Assembly: GCA_905331295.1 (NCBI GenBank)
Contig: CAJNYD010000019.1
Coordinates: 1-64,000, forward strand
Source: Rotaria socialis
Taxonomy: Eukaryota
Length of the DNA stretch: 64,000 nt
Direction: 5' to 3'
Shown: piece by piece, positions 1-12,241 of the stretch
How the letters are laid out: each line of letters begins with the position of its first letter
Position numbering within the stretch: position 1 is the stretch's first letter
Program-made: the position numbers and the translations under genes
The notes under the pieces: generated by a model
What the model was told of the DNA's origin: nothing
The model's database searches: none
The model's input: only the letters and a program-made list of their open reading frames with translations

Positions 1-24
1 AGGCCCCCCTCTGGTTACGCCCCT
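1..24. mobile_element. Probable right terminus of a DNA-transposon/MITE cut by the window edge
   Basis: GC-rich AGGCCCCCCTCTGGTTACGCCCCTA in AT-rich context. The reverse complement starts TAGGGGCGTAACC, resembling hAT-type MITE ends. The other end is outside the window. Confidence 0.3.
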
Positions 25-3000
25 AATATCTACTCATTATTATATCATACCTAGATGTAAATGATCGCTTCCAGAAGATTCGACTGAGAGAAGACTTGCT
101 TTTAGCTAAATTATGCATTTTATGGTTAGTCTAAGAAGCAATTATAACGAGGAGTTCATTCATATAGAAGAGATGAAAAAATGAGATATCAATATCTAAT
201 CAATTTTTTGCATGAAATGAGCTCCAGAAAAACAAATGAAACGAAAATGTCTAGGGCATTGAATCATTATTAAACAAGATGCATTTTTTAGAATATCAAA
301 AATATTTTGAATGCACTTGTTTTTTACTATGTTCGATGTTTGCTTGATGGCTACGTTATCTTTTGTCATTATTTCCATGTAACAAAAGATGGTCGTTTCC
401 ATATTGTATGAAAAATTTTTCTCGTGAATGCTTTTAAACATTTGAAGTATGAAATAGACATTTTTTACAAGATTATGGGTAAAAATATATAGAGAACATT
501 TTTTCTTTGTTTTAAAAGAGTAGCCTCGAGCAAAAAAAACACTTCTTGTTATTACCATACAAACTGTTAAGAAGTCCTATGAAATAAGTATATATATATA
601 TATATATAGCTCAATAAATTTGCGTGATATGTCAAAGAGAGTTAAGATTAGAAAAGATCTTAAAGTAAAACTTGACTCATTCAATGGAGGCTAATAAGTA
701 TGAAATTTCTATCGAAGAAAAAGAGACGATTGTCAATGATATTTTTCTTTGATGCTGTAATTGAAAATAATGAAAAATATCTTTCAAAAACAAGGTAAAC
801 AGGATGTAGTCAAGTTTGAGAGACGGATACTGAAACTGATATAGAACGATGAAAAAGTCATGATTATGTCGTCGACTTACATAACCTCTTTTAATATAAA
901 ACTGGTGCCGGAAATGATAGTGATTGACTAGCGGGAGAAAGCGCTCGTTATAAAACGAGATGAAAATTTGAGATAAAATCTCATAAGGTAAAATATACGC
1001 TGTTTACAGTCGTCCCAGGTGTTGTTTCCGGTGGCCGGGAAAATTTGACAGAAAAGAATACTTTTCAAGTTTATACATAATAATTGTTTGTATTTATTTT
1101 CTATTAATTAAAGAAGTATTGTGCTTATGTTTTATTTATTCATTGATTATGAATATTTTAATATAATATTAGCACTATTTTTTAGTGTTCTATTTGTGAA
1201 ATCGTATTTCTCAGAATCTTAGTTAACTATATGTTTACTCGTTTGCGTTAGGTGCTTTTTTTAACCTGTCAGTACCAACAGGCGCTTGGTGTTTGACAAG
1301 CAATTACTATAAAATACTTCTGGCTATACTTAGAAAATTGTTCTTTTCTTGCTTGAAAATGCATCACTAACAAATGTTTCTGTCGTACTTTTTATTAATT
1401 GGCTTTCCCGATCTACTCTTCACTATGTTGATAATAGTAGAATAAAAACATCAAGATGAATGCATCTAAAATGTTGTTTTATTCTTTAGGCAACTGTAAT
1501 ATAACATGAATAAACATTGTAGATTATTGAGTTGCCATCATATTATAAACAATACACTGGTCGTTGACGCTAAATCCGGAATTCTATCCGGAAAATACGA
1601 GATCCCCAATCGGAAAATGAAGAAAACTGGCAAATGTTAGATTGGCATTTAAGAGAGAGAAAAAGAAAAACTATCGATACGTGTATGTGTGTACTTTACT
1701 AAATGACAAGCGCATTCGTTTGTTAAACTGTTTCCAGTCTACATCCGAACACTCGTCTTCTACTTTTTTTTCTTCTTCTTTCACTTTGGTAGACATCATT
1801 GAAACAACAACGAAATGGAATAGCAAGAAGAAACGACCACAACAGCAATATTATCGTCAGTAGACAGTGAAGAGAGCAAATAATCTTTTTAATGGCGAAG
1901 CGAGAGAAGAAAAGAAACTGAGCCAACAACTTTGCCAATATTTTTGTATACAGCAACAATGTGCCAGTTATTTTCATTTGCCTCGGTTCGCTTCTTCTAT
2001 CATTTACGTACGAAATATATTCTTCCTTTCACTTCAAGCATCTGACTGGCAGCATTGTAAAAGTAAAACATCTAAAAAAAGCTTTAATTAAAATCCTATT
2101 GTACACTCTTTGATAATTATAAAAAGAAAACAGAACGCAAAAGAAACCTGTAAACGAACATACATGAAGGGCCAAGAAAAATTCTCATCTTCTATTAACC
2201 ATGTTAAATTTTGTTTTGCATATTTAACATCATTGTTTTACTAAAACGCTTCTGTAGCCTTATCGTATTGCTCGAAAAATAGAACTAACACATTATAATT
2301 CGGCTATTCATTATCGACATTCAGTTAACATATCTAAAGTAAGTATGATTTTTTCGTTGAAATCTTTATTTTCTATAAATATCAATCAATGATTAAAAGT
2401 ATTTCAACTTTTTTATGAATAAATTATGTCAGGACACATAAGATATTTATTATTATTACTATTGACCTGAAAAATCTCAGGTTACTATGCTGAGTCAAAA
2501 GCACCATAGATTTTTGCTCAGAAACAGTTCTCATGTTTATGGCATGATCTTTTTCATTAAGATAAAGAACAATATAAATATTTAGCTTTTACCAGCACGA
2601 ACATATCGAATTGTACGTGCCATAGATAGCTACATCTGAACAAAAGTTTGTTTGCTTAAGTTGCTTCTTATTTTTCATATGATAGATAGGGTGTTTCTAA
2701 ATATTTTATCTTGTATTATTCTGATAGGCATAAAAGCACGAGATGTTACTGAAGAATAGATCATTAGTAAAATTCGATTAGTTTGCTAGAAAAGTAAGCA
2801 TCGCGTTTTTTCATGACCTGAATATTATGACAAACAAAATATGTGCTCTCATAAAAAAGAATATGTATTTAACTATAAACATTCATTAGTGCATATGCAT
2901 TAGAATGATTGACGATACTCATCAACTGTCTATCATTGATTCACTTTTTGTTTGTTATGCTTTATTTCATGTAATTTTCAAATGCTTTATGAACAGTCTG

Positions 3001-4320
3001 ATGCATACGTTAATTAGTATATGAATATTTTAATTGAAATTTAACGACATTCCCTAAGAATATATATATATATAAATAAGAAGATTGAAAGTTAACTATA
3101 AAACGATTCATCAATACATTGCATTGATGAAAATAACGATAATGATGATGTTCTTGCATCGTCTTTTCCATTATAATACTAGGAAATAGTTCGTTTCCTT
3201 TCCTATACACTGCATGTTATTACTTATTTCTTCAAATGTCTTTGCATGCTCTAGATTTACGCAGCAGATCACATAGAATAGCAAAAGAAACTAACACGCC
3301 CAATCTCTTCAAAGTTGTGCCAAAGAACAAAAAGAAGCGGCAAACATCACTTGAAAGTGCGTCCGTTTATTTTTGCTTTTTATGTCACGAAAATATGACT
3401 TTCTGATTCTCGCTATTTTTGTTACTTGTTGTTATCAACGGCAATGTTCACTGATTCAAGGATGGGCATTTCTTTCGATTTCATATTAGAATATTAAATT
3501 ATATTAGAAACATACATCAACAAAGTAACGAATGAATATGAATGTCTCTATGTGACAGAATAAAAACAAAGATTCTAATCCTAACGTACGAGTTAATCTC
3601 ATTAAGCTACTTACAATAAAAACTGTTAGTTTAAAATCTATAGTCGCCGAATGAATTTTCCAAAGACTGTCGATTTCTAGTATTGTTGCATGTGAAATTA
3701 TTCAAGATAGCATTGTCAATGAACTGAAAATGAAATGCATGTCATTGAAAGCAACAGTTGATTCGGAAACCAATCAAAATCAATTTTGCATATTTTTATT
3801 TCAAGGTAAGAAAAAGAAAAATATTTGTGTGACTATGTCGGTGGATATTTCTGTCATCTGAGACGATTATGTTCTCTTTTGCAGGTTTGAATAATAGTAT
3901 TATTTAATTACTGAAATCTTTTTTGTTGCTGTACTGATATTTAAATAGTCACATAAGGCAATATTGTTTTATTATTTATAGCACCTGATATAGGTGAGCA
4001 TACAAATAGGAATGAATATCAATTGAAGAAAAAAATTATATTCTCAGGTGTTATTAGAATTAGAATAAATTTTGGGTCAGTAGATGTTATATGAAACTGC
4101 TTTTATTGATAATATTTTTATATAGGAAATGAAGCTCTCTTTGTCCTTGACTAGCTGAAACTCATGATAGATAATATTGTTTGATAAATGCCCGTGTGCC
4201 CGTTTTGCGTATATGAAGAAAACAAAAAAAGAGCAAACAGACCAAAACTTTTTCTTAGTACTAAGTAAGAGAATAAAAACTAAATCGGATTTTTCTCGAC
4301 TAGTGAATCAATATGAGAAA

Positions 4321-4346
4321 AGAGAGAGAGAGAGAGAGAGAGAGAG
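4321..4346 (+). repeat. (AG)n microsatellite
   Basis: About 13 AG units seen directly. Confidence 0.9.
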
Positions 4347-5264
4347 TAAGCAAAATTCATTAGAATTTATTCTCATGTGTCAAAAATAGAAGATGAATTA
4401 TTTATTCCAATGAATTATTTATTGTGTTAGTCGACTAGTGAGCATGACTTTATACTCATATAGACGATTATATATTAAAACGAGGTAACTAGATGTCAGA
4501 GATGCCCTTTCATTCAGTTATTAATCTGAAAAAAGTTCTTTTTACTTTAATGAATTTTTCTCGCCTTTTCATCAGATCTCATGAATAAATTTAAAGAAAG
4601 AGAATTTACCTTTATCCATAATGAATCTACTTAGTAATATATTTTTTCCAGTTTTTCTATGTTAGCATTGGTAAAGCATTTCTCTTCGTGTCCTCGTGAA
4701 ATAAGACAGATATTTATATTTCTTCTTTTTTTTTTATTTTTATCTACCATCTGTGAGTGCCCTAACTGCCAATTGATGAACATTTGAAAGCAACAATGTG
4801 TTCATTGAAATATTCATTCATAACTAAGCCGTCAATCTATTTCAAGCCTAGCACTCGCTAGGACTAATCCGAAACTTCGACTATCTCTTAAAGCCTATGT
4901 TAAAATAGAACTTATATAGGAAAAACATCCAAAGTTTCTAATGGCTGACAGTCTGCATCCTTAATTTTTTTTTCATTACTATATTTGTTTTCCGTATGGC
5001 TTGTTTCCTGTGCTTCGCTAGTTATCTAATTTTTCTCTAAAAATAGGAATTGCGAAGACATACGATAATCAAGCATATAGAGATTAGATTGTCTAAATAT
5101 AAATTGCTAATCAAAGATAAAGTTATTGTTCAATATGAAATATAATTATCATTTGCTTTTTAGCTAGTCTTTTTTCTTTTTATAAAATATTTTAAGAGAT
5201 TATTATTGTTAGTAAATTTATTTGAATCAAAAACACGATAGAATAGAAAACATTAATGAGCTTA

Positions 5265-5881
5265 CGAGGGAACATTCACAAGTGATTCGCATCATTTGGT
5301 CTCATATTTTACTCATAGGTAGGATCCAATGAGGCTAGGAAAAACCTAAAAGATTTCGTGCGTGTAGGCCGATCCTTCGAAGTTATGACCGTTTTACTGG
5401 ATTTTCGACCGCGGCCAAGGGATCTATAGAAAAACTGTATGAAGGAATTTCGAACTGAAATTTTGTCTAACAATAGATCTCATTGGTGTTAGAAGATTAT
5501 GAAACTTTCAGTTAACGCTGATGCTTTCTTTTAAAGATATTGCAGATTGAAGAAAAGTCAATTTTACGATAATTTTTGTACCATGGCCGTTTTCTTCAAT
5601 CTGAAATATCTCTAAAAGAAAGAATCAGTGTTAACTGATAGTGTCATAATCTTCTAACACCAACGAGACCGATTGTTAGACAAAATTTCAGCTCAGAATT
5701 CCATTATCCAATTTTTCTATAAATCCCTTGGCCGCGGTCGAAAATCCAGTAAAACGGTCATAACTTCGAAGGATAGGCCTGCAGGCGCGAAACCTTTTAG
5801 GTTTTTCCTAGTCTCATTGGATCCTACCTATGAGCAAAATATGAGACCAAATGATGCGAATCACTTGGGAATATTCCCACG
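5265..5881. mobile_element. Long palindromic (foldback) MITE, probably Tc1/mariner-derived
   Basis: Arms ~5265-5556 and ~5589-5881 are imperfect reverse complements over ~290 bp (e.g. AAGTGATTCGCATCATTTGGTCTCATATTTT / AAAATATGAGACCAAATGATGCGAATCACTT). The left end TA|CGAGGG resembles mariner termini. The right flank reads TT, so the TA TSD is imperfect. Confidence 0.85.
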
Positions 5882-6450
5882 TTAGAATGAAGATGAATCT
5901 TATTGAGCTTATCTATTTAAAATTCGGATATGAAATTATCTCAATAGTTTTAGTGAAGCAACACGAAAGTTAAGATATATAAATCATTCCATAGATTGCT
6001 GCTAACTATTGAGTATTCAAACAATCACTGTAATTTCTAAAGACATGAAAGTGGCGATGAAATCAAAAGCTAACATATTCATTATGAATCTTTGTTTTTT
6101 TATAAAAATATTCTTCCAATAATAACATAAGAAAAAACAGTAGAAAACTGAATGATCGAAACTTTCCTTTTCTGCTTCATAGGTTTTTTACTCTTCGATA
6201 AGTCGAAAGTGAATAAGCTATGAGAAAATATAACCACGGACTATTGAAGCTTAACGAGAACGAGACATCACAAGAATATTTTTAATGTTCCATCCTTCAA
6301 TGTACGCATCGTTGGTTTGTTAAGACTGATCGTGCTTTGCATGAAGAAGAAGAAAAAAAACTCCTATCCATATTTTTACCAGAACATATGTTTCATTTTA
6401 TTGTTTCAAATTTCTAGATTTATATGATGATCGTATAGATTATCATAATT

Positions 6451-8576
6451 ATGACTTACGCTAATAACAGTACTAATTTACATCATACAAATGAAAAGAG
6501 TTTAATTGTTTATATATGTATTCATTTCATTATGCCATGGGCAGTTGCCATCGGTGTTATTGGTAATCTATTATCTATATTGGTATTTGCACGTCGTGAA
6601 ATGATCAAATTTTGTGTATCGATATTTACAATTGTTCTTGCAGTTAGTGATATTCTTTTGTTAACAACTTCATTATTCAATATAATCTTACCCGATTACC
6701 TCAGTATATCATTGTCAGATCAGTCAACCTTTTGGTGGTATGTAATTATAATACAAGACTTAAAGTCTATTCAAATTTAATTAGTGTACTTAAAAATGAT
6801 TACGTTTTTATGTTTGTTGTATAGAAAAATATGATATCCTAACGATTCGAACATGATTCTAAATGTAAAAGTATATGCTCTCTGTAAATTCAAAATGACC
6901 GTACAGAATTAGCGTCTATTCGTTTTTTTATCTGGAAAATAAATTTAGTAAATCATCAGGAAAATAGTTTATTTTTTCCTCGTAATGAAATTAGTTACGT
7001 GGCCTAGTTGTTTTTGGGTACTCAAAAAGTGAGTACAGTAGAATCGGTCAGTGTGTCCATCCATAGGCACGATAACTCTTGAAAACCTCATCCGATTGCC
7101 ACGAAATTTTGTACACAGAATAATCTCATCGATATCTCGGTCGAGTTCGAAGATGAAAAGGATCCGTCAAGTAATGGCTGAGTTATCGAAAAAAATTGTC
7201 CTTTTTGACCAGACCATCCCTGAGGGGGAGAGAGGGGGTACAGGGATTTTTTTTCCTAGAATTATTCACAACATATATAAATTGACTCAATTTTTGCCGT
7301 ACAAATAACAATCGGATGCGAATCCGATGTTTCCTCATTTATTTAACGTTTGCAATAAATGAAGATTTATTTTGTTTCCTTTGACAAATAGAATAATTAT
7401 GATGTGTTTGTTTTTAGTCACTTTCACGGCTATTTCGATCTGTTATTTGCGGCATTAAGTGGTTATTCTGTAGTATTTATATCAGTTGAAAGATGGTTTT
7501 CAATATGGAAACCATTTAAAAAAGCACAATATGTTACTTTTAAAGCAACAAAAATAACTGTTATTAGTTATATATTGATATCAGTAATATTGTTTTCATG
7601 GTTTCCATTGACACTACATTATAATCCGAATGCATCGAATTCTGTCGAGACGTGTCGATTATCTCGACCTATTGCCTATAAAGTTTTTGGAACAATCTCA
7701 GTTATATTTACTTATATTGGTAAAAACAAAGACAATATATATGTCGGAGTTGACTTTAAAATTCAGTTGATTTTAAAACAAATCGAAATATTTCTTTTTT
7801 TTCTTTCCAACTATTAAGAAATATTTTAAAGTCAACGCTAATATATATGTATATACTTATGATTTAATTGATTATTTAAAATTTTTTCTCATAGTACCAT
7901 TTTTTTTTCTTGGCGTACTGAATACTTTAATTGCTTATCGTTTACATGTTCGTCAAAATACGTCAATAAAACGTTCACTAATGGAAACAACGAATATAGT
8001 TGGTATTGACTCAACGTCATCAGCTCGTAAAAGACTACAACGACAGCGGAATACTGATCGAAATATAACATTTATGTTGATTACTGTAGCTATTGCTTTT
8101 ATGGTTATGTCATTTCCATTTCAGTAAGAAAGAAATTTAAAAAGAAATTTCTATTTTTACATATCTCTGTTTGTTTCTTTATTTTGAACAGAATCTATTG
8201 GTTTTATATGCAAATTCGTCAATTGACTGTACCCAATTCGACTCTATTCACACTAACACAAACGTTTCGTTATTTAAACTGTTGTTGTAATTTTTTTCTC
8301 TATTCAGCTACATCATCATTATTTCGTCGAGAACTAAGTGAAATATTTAATTGTACAAATTCATTAAATACAAATCTTAAAATTACAAATACCGATGATG
8401 ATTATAAGAGAAGATCATTATTAGCTGTTCCACTTGGTTCTATTGATCGCACTAATATTTCACCTGAACACAATAGTCCAATATCACCTATGCTATCACA
8501 AACACCATCAAAAAAGCACGAAACTTTTACTTTTCCTGGTTCAGAAAATGGACACATGTCTCAGTGTAAAATATAG
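6451..8576 (+). CDS. Rhodopsin-family (class A) GPCR, invertebrate peptide-receptor-like; 4 exons ~6451-6737, 7418-7719, 7895-8123, 8192-8576
   Basis: TM1 GVIGNLLSILVF, TM2 LAVSDILLL, TM3 ending SVERW (DRY equivalent), TM5 YIVPFFFLGVLNTLI, TM6 FMLITVAIAFMVMSFPFQ, TM7 NCCCNFFLY. GT-AG junctions restore a single frame. Confidence 0.9.
7011..7340 (+). mobile_element. HINE/DINE-1-like non-autonomous Helentron-type element, copy 1 (internally shorter), in GPCR intron 1
   Basis: T-run, then the 5' inverted repeat GTACTC-aaaaagt-GAGTAC, a GTCC-type tract, a shared core and a 3' hairpin ATCGGAT-gcga-ATCCGAT followed by T-rich sequence. Homologous to 22356-22881. Confidence 0.7.
7742..7835. mobile_element. 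Degenerate MITE end in GPCR intron 2, same family as 28164-28408
   Basis: (TA)n-TGTCGGAGTTGACTTTAAAATTCAGTTG is nearly identical to the terminus at 28164. Confidence 0.6.
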
Positions 8577-10371
8577 TTTATTTTATTGTCTGATGCTTTG
8601 TATTTTTTATTTATTCATTAGACCAACATGTATAAAAAAAAATAACGTTTCGGAAAAAAAACGTGATTGTCATTGGTTTTTAATTTCCAATATTCTTTTC
8701 TAATGAACGTTAAAAGCAACATATATATATATATATATGCATTTATCTGACAGCTAAAAAAGTGTGCAAATTGTTACAGACTATAGTAAAAAGAATTTAA
8801 TCTTTCGTCGTTGTGTCATCATTGATGGTCTAAACAAGAAAAATTACATCTTGAGACGATAAAAACTAATTTCCTGAGAACGATTATGCTATAAATAAAG
8901 CGTCTATATATGTTATGTGTTCTGATCATTGTCTGAAATTCTTCGCAAGAGTATGAAAAGAAAAAGATTGATGATAGAGTTTGAATACACTCTCGCTATG
9001 ATTTAGAAAATATTCCTCTATACGAAAACCGTCTTGACAAGTCATCGTATATAATCAATGTGTAAAAGAAAATCGTGACATGATATATTACGATTCCATT
9101 GTCGATTAGTTATAAGTAACCGAGAAGAATTATAAATAGTCAGGAAAAAATGAGAATTCCAGGCTTCCCCTCGAAATTTATACTTTGAAGGTTATCCCTC
9201 TTGTTTGATGTTCTATTGATTCACGCAATGGAAATATTTTATTTTCAGAAAACAAACATTAGTAATTCTAGAACAGGCACCCNCGAATTTTTAAAGCTTG
9301 ATAATTTCCTAACTCAATGCATCATGCTAACGGAAGTTTTCGTATTATATAAAGTCCCATGAAATGTTGAAGTAGATGAACGCTTTAATGTGAATACTAG
9401 TGTAAACAACGCATGACTTTCTTGATTTGATAGTATTGAACCGAAAAAGAAGTCTTTGCCAGTTTATATTCTCTAGGAAACCTTGCCAGTTCTTTTGAAA
9501 ACTTTTAGAGAATTTAAACATTCTGAGTTTAATTTCTGAGCATTTCTGTGCTTGTAAGCTGATAAAATCCTAGCTGCAATATAAAAAGAAATTGATCGCA
9601 ATAGAAGCCCATGTCTAGATTTATAATTTTCAAAACAAAATAGAAGCCCCCTGGGCTTCTATTCTGTGGGGAGGGGGGGGTATTAATTTATGAGTCCACG
9701 CCTATATCGAGGTTTTCGAGTTTTTTCTTCTACCACTAATATTTCTGCTGGTTGAAAATGAGTCAAATTGCAAAAATAATGATTAACTTGATCAGTATCT
9801 AACAAAAAAAATTGTTTAGCTGTTGAAATTGGGTATTATTTGATTATTGATATATGTTTACTAGATTATCTGTGTTATGAAGTATGTCGACTCCATATTT
9901 CAGTCTCTAAGGAACTGTTGTGATTAGTTTGATTTTTATTTTGATTACAACAACCACATTTTGAATTACTCGGAAGTCTTTATATACATACTCCGAGAGG
10001 AAGTTTGATGCATTTAAATATACACTCAATCTACGTCTTATTTTATATGCTACTACAAATAACTTATATTTATTGTACTCTTAAATCGTGTTGACCTTTA
10101 GATCTATTAGAATTCGTAATCTTATAGAAAATGAATTAAATTTTCAATCATAGGAAATAAAAATCTAGCATGAAACAAGGGATACATATCTGGAAGTTAA
10201 ATATCCCTACCATAGAGAACAATGTTTAATTTGTTCAGATATTTACATAGCCTTTGGGATTTTAAAAAATTCCTTTGTTATGAGTTTTTTTCGAAAGAGA
10301 ACTAAAATTCCATTTAAGTGCTGTGCCTTTATTTATAGTAAACATTTCGGCTATCGTTTCTCATTTTTAAA

Positions 10372-11129
10372 TTAACCTACTTCAAGTTCACGTAATACTT
10401 GATCAATAAAATCTTGTGTATCACCCGTTCGATAAGCATTTGCAAGACGAATAGCATCACGAAATAGCCGTACAACATTAGTACCGTCAGCCGCTGAGAC
10501 GTAATAAAGAGGCATATCATGTTTCTTTGGGAAAGAAAATGATTTTTTTGTTACTTCCATGGCAACATCTACTTTATTGACAACGCATAAACATGGAATA
10601 TGTGGACGAATATCACGTAATTCATTATACCAACGATCTAAATTCTTGTAGGTAATTTTTCGAGTTGCATCAAATATCTTTTGTCATGAAGAAGAAAAAC
10701 GAAAATTTCATAGAATATACATATATTTAAAATTACACACCATAATACAAGCATCTGCTTGATGAAAATACGAATGATGAATATTATTGAATTTCTCTTG
10801 ACCAGCTGAAATATTTTTAAAAGAATGAAATAAAAATTTAATAAATTAAATATCTAACCTGTATCCCAAAATTCAATATCGAATTGTTTTCCATCAACTT
10901 TAGCTGTATGTTTAAATATATTAACAGCAAATGTTGAACAACGTGCGCCAACACTATTTAAAAAGAAATATCATCAAATTTCAATTGGAGATTAAATTAA
11001 CAATATTTACTAAGAATTAATTAGAAAACGTTCGAGTAATTTAGACTTGCCAACTGCACTATCTCCTAGCACGATGATTTTTAATGGACCAGTAGTTGAT
11101 GAATTGTTTTTTGTTGTTGGTTCACTCAT
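10372..11129 (-). CDS. RABL2: Rab-like protein 2 (ciliary small GTPase); exons ~11129-11011, 10953-10859, 10805-10741, 10677-10372 (3' end may splice further)
   Basis: KIIVLGDSAVGKSKLLERFL (G1), EFWDTAGQE (G3), NKVD (G4), YYVSAADGTNVVRLFRDAI (G5), C-terminal DFIDQVLRELE. These match RABL2-type motifs. No C-terminal CAAX/CC seen. Confidence 0.88.
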
Positions 11130-12241
11130 CTGAAGTATTTTAACATGTAAACAATATTTTTAATGAATATTTGAAACGAGATGTTTTTGCATACATATAT
11201 TCTTTTCAATAAGTAGAGTGTACTTCAATAAATATATCATGAAGCTTTTTATTAGAGAGCATTTTCAATAAAAACCAAGCGAAGTGCATCCTCATTTTTC
11301 CTTGTTCTATTTGGTCGTAAAGAAAGAATGATACTCAGCAAAACTCACATTTACTCTACTTTTGTTTTGTTTATACAATGAAAACGTAGGACTTACGACA
11401 GAAGACTAATAAAAAAGGTTGACAAAAACATTTAAATAATTTCAACAGACTTCCCTTTCTCTCTTTCAAAATATGCAATCATTATGTAAACTAGGTACTA
11501 TTCTATTCATTAATCTTGAACAAAAGTGGAACGACGTCAAATTTAGCTTTTCAATGGCTGTTTCGGCGTTACCATAAAACAGTAAGAGTAGTAACAGAAA
11601 CAACTCTCGTTTGTTAGCAAAAAACTATCCTTGAAATGTATTTCGTTTCTTTATAAAACTTTATATCCGCCTTTTAACTACGGGAGTGTTCTTCGTAGGA
11701 ATAGGAAGAAGCATCAAATGCATATGTTCTTCTTTTGCTAGAGAATTTTAAAATAATAGATATATACAATCTTTAAGGAGACGGTTGCATCGAATAAGCA
11801 TGTTCTTAAACTACTTCCACACCTATCAGCCATTTTAGAAATGCTGGTGGTGCTTTTAAAGAATTTTAATTCTTCCTTTCCTACATGTACTATACGACAA
11901 ATCATTTGACGCATATAGATGGCGCTTTATTAGAATTTTACCTTCTGAAAATATCTTTTTAGTGATTTATGATTTAATTCCACTATGTTGTTTTCTATTT
12001 AAGACTCAAATTTATTGTTTTGGTTAAATGTTATCTCTCATTGGTTTTTAAAACGCGTGGTTTAATAATAGCTCAATTAACTAGTTTGCTCCTATCCTAA
12101 TGTCCCAAGAATGGGAACAGGAGCAGGAAGAAAAATAAAAATTGACGGTAAAACGATTTAAGAATCAAATACAAAGTCCTATTCATTTGCTTATATTTAA
12201 ATATAAATGTTGAATATATATATTTATTTTTGAAAATAACT

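Noticed and set aside
196..4389. Several short ORFs (e.g. 196-558 -, 1642-2091 +, 4177-4389 +)
   Set aside because: No recognisable motifs, AT-rich/low-complexity composition and mostly non-ATG starts. Likely spurious or non-coding upstream region of the GPCR.
5673..5885. ORFs inside repeats (also 7051-7308, 21286-21627, 22213-22631, 38374-38694, 38944-39132)
   Set aside because: They lie within MITE/HINE sequences, contain no transposase motifs and are by-products of repeat composition.
9200..9720. G-run, duplicated AATAGAAGCCC and small hairpin TAGAAGCCC-cct-GGGCTTCTA
   Set aside because: Probably a degraded transposon, but no defined termini or TSD could be established. An ambiguous base (n) is present.
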